Shown: positions 47,802 to 59,508 of the stretch, piece by piece
How positions within the stretch are numbered: position 1 is the stretch's first letter
How the letters are laid out: every line of letters begins with the position of its first letter
Source of the DNA: Oopsacas minuta
Lineage: Eukaryota > Animalia > Porifera
DNA: 64,000 nt
Assembly (NCBI GenBank): GCA_024704765.1
Contig: JAKMXF010000144.1
Location: forward strand, 496,001-560,000
Direction: 5' to 3'
The notes under the pieces: generated by a model
Told to the model about the DNA's origin: nothing
The model's input: the letters and a program-made list of their open reading frames with translations, nothing else
The model's database searches: none
Made by a program: the position numbers and the translations under genes

Positions 47802-50800
47802 ATGTGTGCCAACCAGACTACAAATGGGAGAGATAGCGATAAGAATATTCTACCAGGTCTCAATACGGATGAGAAAGAAGGAGGCCTGTATGTGAGAAAG
47901 AGAGCTAACAAACAAGAATCTAATTCACCATCTCAACCTAAGAGATCTTTGCTAGGATTAGATCAGCTAGCTGAAGAGAGACGGAAAATCCAAACAGAAA
48001 ATATTTTTAAAATTCCTCAAAAATTAAGAACTGCTCCCTCATTGAGAGAGCATAAGGGTGATGAGGCTCTGTATACATTCTCAAATTCCTGGAAGAAGAG
48101 AGGTGATAAAAACCGCGATAAAAGGGCTGTAGACAGACGCTATCGGTCTCAAGAGGATGATACACCTGGGTCTCTGCATGGGGTTAAGTGGCGTGATAGA
48201 TGGCGTGATCAAGTGAGGGAACGTGATAAGCGACATCCCCTATACGCTACGTCATGTCACCCTAGAAAAGAGAGGAAGAGCACTCATTCTAGGAGAGAGA
48301 GCTCTAGAAGGGAAGAGGGAGAGTACACACCTACGCCTGATCAGAGAATGTTAAAACAAATGTTGACTCCTTCTAGAGCTGCGTGGGATGAAAATGATTT
48401 GGTAAATATATTACGTCATAATATCTGTATTACGTGTACGTATTTCTATATTTAGCATTTATACAGGTTTCTGGTAGTAATCATCCATGGGACAGTCCAA
48501 CTTCTAACCGACCCAATTCTCCCGACCTCTCCCCCTCACAGGTATCTCCCTCCAGACGGGAGTGGGCAGAGGAGCAGAGACGATTGGATCGTGCCTGGTA
48601 TGACCAGGAGGAGACCGGGGATATGTTCGATGAGACACACAATGACATGGCTAACCTCCGTATAGACTATGTGGAGAAGAAGGAAGAGCAGGTGAGATCT
48701 AGAGAGACAGCTAGACAGAGAGAGAGGAGGAGAGATACTGAGTTATGGGAGGAGAATAGACTGTTTGTCAGTGGAGTTATTAAGAGGGATAATTCTATGT
48801 TATTTGATGAAGAGGAAGAAATAGGGCGTACTCACCTATTGGTCAGTTAATATTCAATCTTAGATTATGTATTTATGTGTTTAATATATGGACCATATCG
48901 ACCATTGATATTTTGATATTCGTAGGTATCAAATCCTGTTCCTCCTTTCTTGGATGGGAGAGCAATATTTTCACGTCAACCAGAGCCAGTCATCCCTATT
49001 AAAGACCCTACTTCTGATCTCGCGGTTCTTAGTAAGAAAGGCTCTAAGCTAGTCAGATATCATCGCGATGAGAAAGAGCGTAAGAAAGCGCAGAAAAAGG
49101 AGCTTTCTCTAGCTGGCAGCAGAATGGGAGATATCCTTGGTGTGAAATCTGAAATCAAAGATGAAGACGAAATAGAAGATGATTCTAACTACAAGAGCAG
49201 TCACCAGTTTGCTAAATACATTAGTCAAACCAAGGATGAGGGAAGTAGTAACTTCTCTCGTACAAAGACAATACAACAACAGAGACAGTATCTTCCTATA
49301 TACGCTTCAAGAGAAGAGCTAATGCGATTAATCAGGCAGAATCGTGTTATTATAATTGTGGGAGAAACTGGTTCAGGAAAAACTACACAACTTACTCAGT
49401 ACTTATATGAAGAAGGTATGAGTCATTACGGTATGATAGGTTGTACTCAGCCTAGAAGAGTAGCAGCTATGAGTGTAGCTAAACGGGTATCTCAGGAGAT
49501 GGGAACAGAGTTAGGATGTGTAGTAGGGTACTCTATAAGGTTTGAAGATATTACTTCTAGTGATACTAAGATTAAGTATATGACTGATGGAATTCTATTG
49601 AGGTGAGCAGTATATGAAATTAATATTGTTAATACGTATACAAAGTGCTTGCGAATTTCTTTAAGCCCTCCACCAGTAGCTCGGTAAAAGGATCGGGGCA
49701 TAGCCGTGGTGTTCATATTAACTTTAATTTCTATAGAGAATCGCTACGAGATCCAGACTTAGACATGTACTCAGCTATTATAATGGATGAAGCTCACGAG
49801 CGATCACTCAACACAGATGTATTATTTGGTTTGTTACGAGAAGTTGTAGCCAGGAGACGTGATCTTAAACTTATTGTTACTTCTGCAACCATGGATGCTG
49901 AGAAGTTCTCAGACTTCTTCGGTAATATTCCTATCTTCCACATTCCTGGTAGAACATTTCCTGTTGACGTCATGTTTAATAGAGATAATGTTGAAGATTA
50001 TGTAGAGGCAGCAGTTAAGCAGGTGATTCAATTATTTATAAGAATTTCCATAGAGTTTTTGACTTATATATTCTTATTAGATAATCACTATCCACTTATC
50101 TTCCCCGAGGGGAGATATCCTTGTATTCATGCCAGGACAAGAAGAGATAGAGGTAACCTGTGACGTAGTAACAGATCGTCTCCAACAGCTGGATGAGTGT
50201 CCTCCCCTCGCAGTGCTGCCTATATTCTCACAACTTCCATCTGATCTCCAAGCTAAGATATTCCAGAGAGCTCCAGAAGGTGTACGCAAGTGTATAGTAG
50301 CAACGAATATAGCAGAGACATCTCTCACTGTAGACGGAATTATGTATGTAGTTGATACTGGATACTGTAAACTGAAAGTATTCAATCCTAAGATAGGCAT
50401 GGACGCTCTACAGTTATACCCAGTCAGTCAGGCTAATGCTAGACAGAGGTCAGGACGAGCTGGGAGAACAGGAGCAGGACAGTGTTTTAGACTGTACACA
50501 GAGAATTCTTTTGGGTAAGAAATAGTCTTTCAATATTTTAAGTATTTTAATTATTTAAGTATTGAGGCTGAATTACAGTGCTGATTGTATCTTGTTCAGC
50601 TCCACGTGACATTGATTTAAGCATGCGTACTAAAGTCAATCAGGGTCGCCGTGGGAATGGGAATGGAAATTGAAATTCCGTTCCCACGGCAACCGTGACG
50701 TCCATTCATTATAATCATGCAAGTATGTATCATAATTTTGACTTTGAGAAAATTATCACTTAGCAAATTTATTCGGACTATGGAACTAAAATACGTTTCT

Positions 50801-53800
50801 AAACAATACAGTATAATATATAAATACGTATAACTATTCTAAATTGGATTTCTATCCTCTAATAAAACCATAAATTCTCATACTTTTGGAGGTACTAGCC
50901 TGACCTCTCGTGCTGGGAACCAATGCTTGGATATCTCCTCAATGAAAGCAGGTCCTACTCCACAGCAACCTCCTACTACGTTACATCCCTTATCTACCCA
51001 TCCTTTGATAGTATCTCTGTAATTTGTTACATCAAGATTATGAGGCTTAGCGGGGAACCCACTTGGGCCATCAAATCTCTCCCATAGCTTATTTACAGCC
51101 TCTTTATCAGGTATTGGATTGAGATCGTTAGCATAAGCTGCAATGTATTTAATATTCTTCCTTCCCTTCACTACTTCCATAACCGTGTCTAGTCCTTTCG
51201 TTATTGTGTAATGATTTGAACAGTTGAGTGATACAGCTAGCAATTTGGGGAATCTATCTAGTATAATGGGCAATACTTCTTTCAAAGGCTCTTCACTGTG
51301 AAGCACACACTTATCATTATCCTGTAAAGATAGAGATATCCATATAGGTTTGTCTGATACTCTTGTTACACCTGTGAGAGACGCTATAGCCTCATCCAGA
51401 CTAGACATAGTCTCGCATAAGTAGAAATGCACGGATGGTTTCAATGCATTTGCTATTTTCTCATAGAGTAGACTAGCTTCTTCCATTTTCTCAATTTTCT
51501 CTCCTTGGAAACTGTAGTTTAGCGGAGGAATGCAACCAGCAATTAGAATAGGACGCTTAGTGGTAGGACGCATGGTGTCTACAGCCTTCACTGCTAGCTC
51601 ACCTGACAGTTTAACCAACTCCTCCATCCTGTCTAGCATACCGACGTTATTCAGAAATCTCGGTACAGTACTGTAGTTGTTAGTTGTTATGACGTCAGCA
51701 CCTGCTTGTATGTATCTCTTATGCAAATCTACTATGTATTCTGGTTTATGTATGAGGTATGCTGTGCTCCATAGCTTGTAGAAATCTGGTACTTTTGGGT
51801 ACGTATCATGCAGTTCTGACCCCATTGATCCATCTAGTATCAATCGTAGCTCAGGTTTGAATGTTTCTACTTCAGCTGTTGCCATTTCCTTAAATGTTTC
51901 AAAATGTTAATACACATCCTGTGTATATTTGCAATAAGTATTTCTATTGTGGTTACTGTATATCAACAAGTGAAACTATTATTTCTTATATTCATTATTT
52001 ATTTCATAGACAAAACTGAAATTAATACGTATTAAAGCTGGGAAATATCTACTGGAGCAATATACTAATGATACTAATTAGCTTGATTCTGATATCTTTT
52101 TCAATCTCTCTTGTACTTCTTTTCTATTTTGTCCACGTTCAAATAAGGTTGGTTTAGACCTCCTCACTCCTTTTGACTTATTACCGAATTTGCTGATGTA
52201 TTTATCCCTCTTGATTTGATTCTGAATAGTTTCTGGTATGTCTGGTACAATGTATGCAACTATTGCGACGATTAGAAACACGAAATGCTACAAGAAATAT
52301 AATAAAGTAGTACTGGTTAGTCGTTACTATATAGTTGCTTTGGATTCGATTCATGGGGCAAACTGTTCTATTTCTTGTTTATTAATTATTGAACTTACCT
52401 CAAACATGACTGCAAACATTAGCTTGTATAACATAGTTTTGTAGAAGAACTCCCTCTGTTCTTCTGTCATGTACTCTATTATCTCATAACCAGGGTCAAA
52501 CCTATCAGAACCTTGTTAACATACTCTATGTATACAATTTTATTTCTATTATTGACTCATACCTGCATACTGCAGAACTATTGACGAATTTAACATTACA
52601 CCCACTGTAGAACTTTCCTTCATATTGTGGGTTGCTTGGATCCTGTATAGCCCCTCCATCTCTGTAGTATAATGTTCTAGAATCCTCTGATCCTGTTCTG
52701 TTAGTGAAGAACCTCTCTACTACAATATCGCAGCAATTAGAGGCATTCTTATCCCCCGTGTACGTCTGTGTATCCAGGTATTGTGTATTATTTCTTTTCC
52801 CATCTATGCAGCAGAATCTAGTCCCTGTGATTGCATAAAATGTATCTCATGAATCTTGTTGATTTATTATTCTAAGGCTTACCATTAGTTAGTGTACATT
52901 CACTTGCTACTGTACTATTCTCCCTTATTCCAAGAAAGTCACAACAGTTATTAGAACTAGTGTTATCACCAGTCACTAGCTTCTCAGTGCAGTTACTTTT
53001 GCCTCCATCTTTACAATAGAAAGTACTTGGAAACAGAATCAGATCATCGAAACTAGTCACTACGTTGTCTTCCATAATCCTAATTTCCATAAATATAAAA
53101 AACTGCAACATAGATCTCTATAATCATAATAATAATCTTACTCGAGCGTTCTAGATCTGTAATCAGGGAATGTATCTGCGTATATGAAATCTCTGATAGG
53201 GATTGTAGCTAGTGTTGTGTTAAGATAACCTACTTGTCCTGGATACGTAGCTCTGTAACCCCATAGATTTACTGTACTGCCCAAGAATGGAATTAGAAGT
53301 GACTAAAAGGTACAAAGATATAATAACTTTCCATAAAATATTGTTTTATACTGCTACTATATTAATCTTACATTTGTTATAACTGCGAATTTCGCGATAC
53401 CATCCAAGATGCTATACCAAGGCCCAATGTCTTGTACCCTCTCTGGTACTTGTCGCCTGGTTAGACGGAGATATTTAATGGCGTCTAATCGTATCTCGAA
53501 ATAGTTGTTGATTAACGCGAGTAGAGGAGCGAGAGGAAATGCTGTCGCGAATATTGTCACAAATCCAAATTGAATAACTAAACATTTTCTGTTAAAAATA
53601 AAATTTTGCCTTATACAATAAACTTACCTAATTCCAGATATTCTTCAAACATTCCCGTAGCTGCTCCTGGTTCTAGCTTCAAGTCTCTCTGCCAGGGCGG
53701 CTGACATACTTTACTCACTTCTTTCTCTTTCTTCAACAAAGTGGAGAACTTCCTAATACCAATCTTGACCAGTGGAATACCGAGCTCTTTGATATTATTG

Positions 53801-56800
53801 ATGGTTTGCTTGAGAGCAAATACCACGACAAGTTGGATGGTTAGCTCCAAAAGACATCCATATTGAGCACACTATCAAAAGATTTGTGTTACAGGAAACA
53901 TGTAAATTTGTATTTTTAATTCAGTAAAGATAACTCACATGCTCTAGACCTGTTATCCCTGGTAGTATCAGGTCTCTCCCCGGATAAACTACTAGTATTC
54001 TACCCTTAATGAAAGCAATGTACATTGGTGAAGCGTAGAAATTAACAATTTGGAATAATGCCATCTTAACTGTGAAGGAATCATCATGCTCACTCTGAAT
54101 TCTGTTCAATTCCCATTTTGTTAGAACTATTGCCAATCGTCGGTAAATCTATTTTTAAGTAAAATTCTTTCTTTAAATTGCAACACCTCCGTAATAATTT
54201 CTGTAAATACCTTAAACTTACCGCATTCATAACAAAAATGAATATTAGTTGTAGAATACCAGCTGTTAATGAGATCACCATTGCTCCTGCTAGACTACAG
54301 ATTGCTGCTAGTGTAGGATTATCATGTACACTAATTTGCAGTAATGCTAGTCCAATTATTGGAGCTATTCCTGCTCGGTAGAATATTACACCTATTAGAA
54401 TTGCTATTACAGCCAATACTAAAGTAAGAGTGACGGAGAGACCAGCTAAAATCTTCAGTTTTATCTGTGTTGGCTCTTGGAAAAATTCTGTTTTCTATTT
54501 GCAAGGAATCCAATAATCCCATATCTTATTCCATACTATATTTGGCAAATATTTATTGTGTTTACCCCTGTAATAGGATTGACTTTCCAAATTTGTTTCT
54601 TATATGACTCGTTTTTAGCATTCTTATATCTGTTCCTCATAGTAGTTACAAATTCTGGCCTCGGACTTTCTTCTAGTGCCTCGTAGTCTAGTAGATCCCA
54701 CTCATACTGCAGATAGAATTGATATCTTTTCCAGAACTCCAGGAATAGGATAGCCCAGAAAGACATGAATGCTGCGTATAGTACTGTTCCTTCGTTATCC
54801 AATATGCTTGATATCTTAAAAATAATGTGCAGTTGATTTGGAAATATCAGTCAGTCCCGATCCAACCGCACTATTTACTGATTTTTTTGTAACCTACCTT
54901 CACAAGAAATTGTGATTCGTGAAGTGCTTTGAAGTCACATCTATGACTACAACTAGGACACAGAATTAGAGAATCTCCAGCTTGACTCACCTCTTGTCTA
55001 GGTTTTAACACAGATATATACATTTTGTATGGTTTAAATTAATGCAACAAGTCACTATAACTTACGCTATAATGTTAAACCCTAGAGTATAGGGGCCCAG
55101 TATGAATATGATGAGCCCAAGTAGAGTAGAGCAATGAAGCCATTTGGTATAGAAACCTATTACGTATATAGATATATCATTACGTATAAGTACAATGACC
55201 TTGTCTTTCATTGTACTTACCTAACCAAGCAAAGTATATAGCAACTTTCTCTCCCAAATAGTGTCTAATCTGTGGAATAGGCTGTGTTTTGAAGAATGCT
55301 CTCGGCTTGAAAGAAGCCCAATATAGCTTCAGGAATTGTCTCTCTGTTAGCGGCTTACCCATGTCCTCTTTTTCCTGGTTTTCATTGCCCTATATCATTG
55401 CAAACAAATAAATATTATCGAGAATTTATCTCCAAAACTCACTTCATGCAAAGGGTATGCATCTGTGAATAGCTTTTTCTTGATGAGTTTGTCTATACCA
55501 GTTTTCAATCCATATGGATCATGTCCATAAGATGTAGTTTTGAGTATGTACTCTACAATGCCACATCTCTGTCCACTTGAGAAGAACATATCTTCATCCT
55601 CTATCCCATGGTATCTAGGGTGTAGACTTATTAAAATTAACGTGTTTTGTGTGACGTATTACGAATTAACTCACTTGTAAAGGTTTTTATTTACAAATAT
55701 TTTAGTGCGATACTTTGATTGTTCGAGGTAAAATGGAATTTTTGGCATGAGAAAATGGAATCCTAGTTTCTCAATCAAAGTTTTGTTTAGATTTTGTTTG
55801 AATTGATATTCTGGAAACTCGTCAAGTCCATTAAGATCCTACAAATATTTCATGTTGTAACAAATATCCTACTAGCTAACAGAAATCTAATAGAATTATA
55901 CTTACTTCATAAGGCATAGCATAATTCAACTTCTCAGCATACTTACAGAGGATTTCAAACGGAGCATGTAGTTTGATAAAGTGTATTTCTATCTTCTCTT
56001 TCTCTTTAGAATTCTTGTTCATCAGTTTACGTAACTTACCAAACCTTTTGTCCACTATTCTAGACACCTAAATCTATATTATTAAATCTCAATTGTTGTC
56101 TGTTTGCCTGTTTGTCTGTCTGTTTGTTTGTCTGTCTGTTTGTTTGTCCGTTGTCAAGGAAAGGATTTACGGTATGCACTTTTGAAATTGTCGCGTAACT
56201 ATGTATTTATCGTGTTTATCAAGGAAGTAAATAGTACTGAGGTAATCGAGTATGCTGAGTCCGAATATGATATTGCAAACAACATAATGTGAATATCTGT
56301 TTACTTTTAGGTACATAAATATGTCTATATTATAATACTCACGGGGGCCATCGATTTGGAGAATAATGGATACCTCGAGGCGCAATGCGCCGAGTTCATC
56401 GCGAAGCGACGAGCCAAAGAGTCGTTATTATATTATTTTATAATTAACATGCTATTGCAAAAATTTGTGTATAAGAACCTCTAAGGTTTCTTCTTCCATC
56501 TCTAATCCAACATTTTCGAGTTCTTCCAGGAAATACTCTCTCCTTCTACGTTTATCCTCCAGGTTGTTACCATTTTCAAATTTGTCCACCTGTTCTAGCT
56601 CGATTTGATCTAAATTTACTTCTACTTCTACTTGTGTTTCTTTCTGATACACCAAAATGAAATCTGTGTAAAGAAATGATTATTCTTCGAATTATTATAC
56701 TATTTGACCGTTTGAATAGCACGAGAGTTTAACCAATCTATCTACTATTCCAGTATAATGAAACCAATTAGAAGGTTTACATACACATGTTATGAGGGAA

Positions 56801-59339
56801 ATACTTGCGTAAGGAGAGGATTATTTTCTATAGAATTCAAGATACAGTTTTCCAATGCTCTTCTAATGTTTTATATAAACCTTCAAATCTCTCTGGATTC
56901 TGTCATTCTCGATTTGAATAAACTTATTAATTATGACATTACTGCTTACCAATTCTTCTCTTTCCATCTTTGAATACTTCTTTTATTGGATATCTAAATG
57001 ACTGAAATTTTGTGAAACTTATTGACAAATTCGCGTTTACAATATTTACCTCGTCATCTTCAGTTTCTCCACACTCACTTTGACTAGATGCTATGTGCCA
57101 CAGTTCCTTTGGTTCTAAGAAATGTAAATTTTAATTTATAGCTGAACTTTGTTACATACAGTAGAACCTCGTTAATACGTACACCAAGGGACCGTCGAGA
57201 TCTATACTCCTTATCCGGTGTGCGTGTTAACCGGAGTAAAAACAATTGAATAACCATTGTACGGACTAAAATTGTGTAAATTGTGTTCGTATTAACGAGG
57301 TTTCACTGTATGTGATATAAAGCTATAAATCTTACAAATTGTTGATTCTTCATATAATTGTTTCTATTTTTGCTATTTAACAATATTACTTTACACCACC
57401 TTCCAGTAAGATATTTACTACTTCATTTCAGTGAGTGGAAGATGGGTTCTTATAAAACGCGAGACGCTAGCAAGAACTGCCCGGCTTAAAAGTGAAAACC
57501 TTAACAATTTGCAAACCTTCATAACAATATATCTCAGGTTTCTCATCGAACTCCACCATATTTACTTATTATAACACTCACGGACATATCATTCACATTT
57601 ACTTATATTATACATACCCTCAGCACTCAGGGTATTGTCAACAATATGAATGTGCATACAATAGCCCGTGATTCTAAGAGAATGAGTATACTAACCGTCA
57701 CAACTATTGTTTTATTGAGCTCATGGTTTTTCTATTGTTTATAAATAATTTTCCGATTATGTGTGTGTGTATACGATGGAATATCTCATTTACGGGAAAT
57801 ATTTGTGGTATGTATTTGGTATTTTAGTCTTTTAACTACACACAATTATACTCTAGACTCCGAAAATACGCTTTTTACAATATGTTTTTTACAATATGTT
57901 GTTTACAATACCATTTTCGGCTCAGTATACTCGATTACCCCAGTATGGTCGTTGAAAAAGGAAACAGTTTCTAGCAGTTTCCAGTAGTTTCCAGCAGTTT
58001 CCAGCAGTTTCCAGCAGTTTCCAGCAGTTTCCAGCAGTTTCTAGCAATTTCCAGTAGTTTCCACCATGTTCTACTAGTAACAAGTTATGTTGTTGTTAGG
58101 CAGAATGACTATTACCGATTCTCAGTATTATTTAAGAAACATTTTATTACATGATTAGTAGTATATATTCTACATGATCAGCTAGATTATACACTTCTGC
58201 ATAAGTAAAACTCACATTTTATTGACTACTCATTTCTATTAGTAACGAGATGCTGATGGCAACAGTCCCAGAGATACAACGTACAAATCTATCTAATGTC
58301 GTACTTCTATTGAAATCCCTCGGAGTAAAAGATCTGCTACAATTTCATTTTATGGATCCTCCTCCTCAAGATAACATCCTCAGTTCCATGTACCAACTCT
58401 GGGTTTTAGGTGCTCTGGATAACACAGGGGAGCTAACTGACCTCGGAAGACAGATGGTAGAGTTCCCTCTTGACCCTGCCCTCTCAAAGCTACTGATAGT
58501 ATCTTCAGAAATGGGTTGCTCCGAGGAGGCATTGACTATAGTTTCTATGCTATCAGTACCAGCTATATTCTACCGGCCAAAAGGCAGAGAAGAAGAGAGT
58601 GATCAAGTGAGGGAGAAGTTTGCAGTCCCAGAGTCTGACCACTTGACGTACATGTTTGTATACCAGCAGTGGAAGAAGCAGAACTGTTCATCTGCTTGGT
58701 GTCACGAAAACTTTATTCAGCCCAAATCACTTAAAAAAGTTTGTTGAATATTACATAACAATAATAATTTGATTACCTGACTTAACTCTGTAGGTTAGAG
58801 AGGTGAGAGCCCAGCTTAAAGAAATCCTCCTCCAGCAGAAACTCCCTCTAACTTCGTGTAGCTTTGAATGGGATATAATACGTAAATGTATATGTGCTGC
58901 ATATTTCCATCAAGCTGCTCGTATCAAGGGAGTAGGCGAATATGTTAACATGAGAACAGGTATGCCATGTCATCTACACCCAACTAGTTCTCTATATGGC
59001 ATGGGATATACACCTGATTACGTCATATATCACGAGCTATTGTTAACGTCTAAGGAGTACATGCAGTGTGTAACATCAGTTGATGGTAACTGGTTAGCTG
59101 AATTAGGAGCAATATTCTATACAGTAAAGCAGTCTAGTTGGACTAGAATACAACAGCAGGAAGAGAGTAAGCGTAAGAAAGGAGAAATGGAGAGTGAGAT
59201 GAAGCGAGCTAGGGATAAATTAAATGTTGATAAAGAAAGAGAAGAAAACAAAACGAAAACCACTAGTGATAGATTCAAAATTGCTACCCCGGGACTCATA
59301 AACACTCCCATACAAACGAGGCCACATCACACGTATTGA
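47802..59339 (+). CDS. DHX38: DEAH-box splicing helicase PRP16, 7 exons; intron 5 (50515-58242) is 7728 nt
   Basis: Exons 47802-48401, 48467-48841, 48926-49602, 49737-50022, 50081-50514, 58243-58738 and 58794-59339. Motifs: [51 protein letters not shown]|[24 protein letters not shown]. The ATG at 47802 is inferred. Confidence 0.95.
50641..50697. mobile_element. 57-bp hAT-type mini-MITE consisting almost entirely of TIRs
   Basis: CAGGGTCGCCGTGGGAA...TTCCCACGGCAACCGTG; flanking 8-mers AAGTCAAT and ACGTCCAT match at 6 of 8 positions, consistent with a decayed 8-bp TSD. Confidence 0.7.
50878..51885 (-). CDS. Homocysteine S-methyltransferase family protein, intronless, nested in the DHX38 intron
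   Basis: [36 protein letters not shown]; Zn-ligand motifs LNCS and GGCCG. Confidence 0.92.
   Translation of the reverse strand: MATAEVETFKPELRLILDGSMGSELHDTYPKVPDFYKLWSTAYLIHKPEYIVDLHKRYIQAGADVITTNNYSTVPRFLNNVGMLDRMEELVKLSGELAVKAVDTMRPTTKRPILIAGCIPPLNYSFQGEKIEKMEEASLLYEKIANALKPSVHFYLCETMSSLDEAIASLTGVTRVSDKPIWISLSLQDNDKCVLHSEEPLKEVLPIILDRFPKLLAVSLNCSNHYTITKGLDTVMEVVKGRKNIKYIAAYANDLNPIPDKEAVNKLWERFDGPSGFPAKPHNLDVTNYRDTIKGWVDKGCNVVGGCCGVGPAFIEEISKHWFPAREVRLVPPKV
52078..57559 (-). CDS. ANO: Anoctamin/TMEM16 family channel or scramblase, many exons, nested in the DHX38 intron; first exon tentative
   Basis: FKDGKRRI|[118 protein letters not shown]. Tentative exon 1 57517-57559 ([14 protein letters not shown]) is phase-compatible with the next exon. 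Confidence 0.9.
56100..56147. repeat. TGTT/TGTC tetranucleotide microsatellite in an anoctamin intron
   Basis: Directly visible. Confidence 0.85.
56350..56435. repeat. Dispersed hairpin-rich repeat, copy 2 (CpG-intact)
   Basis: CTCGAGGCGCAATGCGCCGAG and TCGC-GAA-GCGA hairpins; homologous to 33420-33495. Confidence 0.65.
57159..57308. mobile_element. 150-bp Tc1/pogo (Tigger-like) MITE with TA TSD
   Basis: TA|CAGTAGAACCTCGTTAATACG ... CGTATTAACGAGGTTTCACTG|TA; 21-bp TIRs with 2 mismatches. Confidence 0.9.
57896..58063. repeat. Copy of the foldback left-arm module followed by a 10-bp minisatellite (GCAGTTTCCA, about 10 units)
   Basis: 57896-57958 aligns with 31510-31572 (TGTTGTTTACAATA.CAT.TT...CTCAG..TACTCGATTACCC...T.GTCGTTGAAA); the minisatellite spans 57965-58063. 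Confidence 0.8.
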
Positions 59340-59508
59340 TACCTTATCACAATTCTGTATTATTTAGATGTTAATTTCATTCAACACACTTAGTTTATAC
59401 AAATAAATCAGGAATTTTCTGAAAACGAATTTGATAGAAATTTTATATTTGGGGAATTTGGCTCAGAATTATTAGTGGAATTGAATTTGTTTTTAGCTTT
59501 AAAATTGC

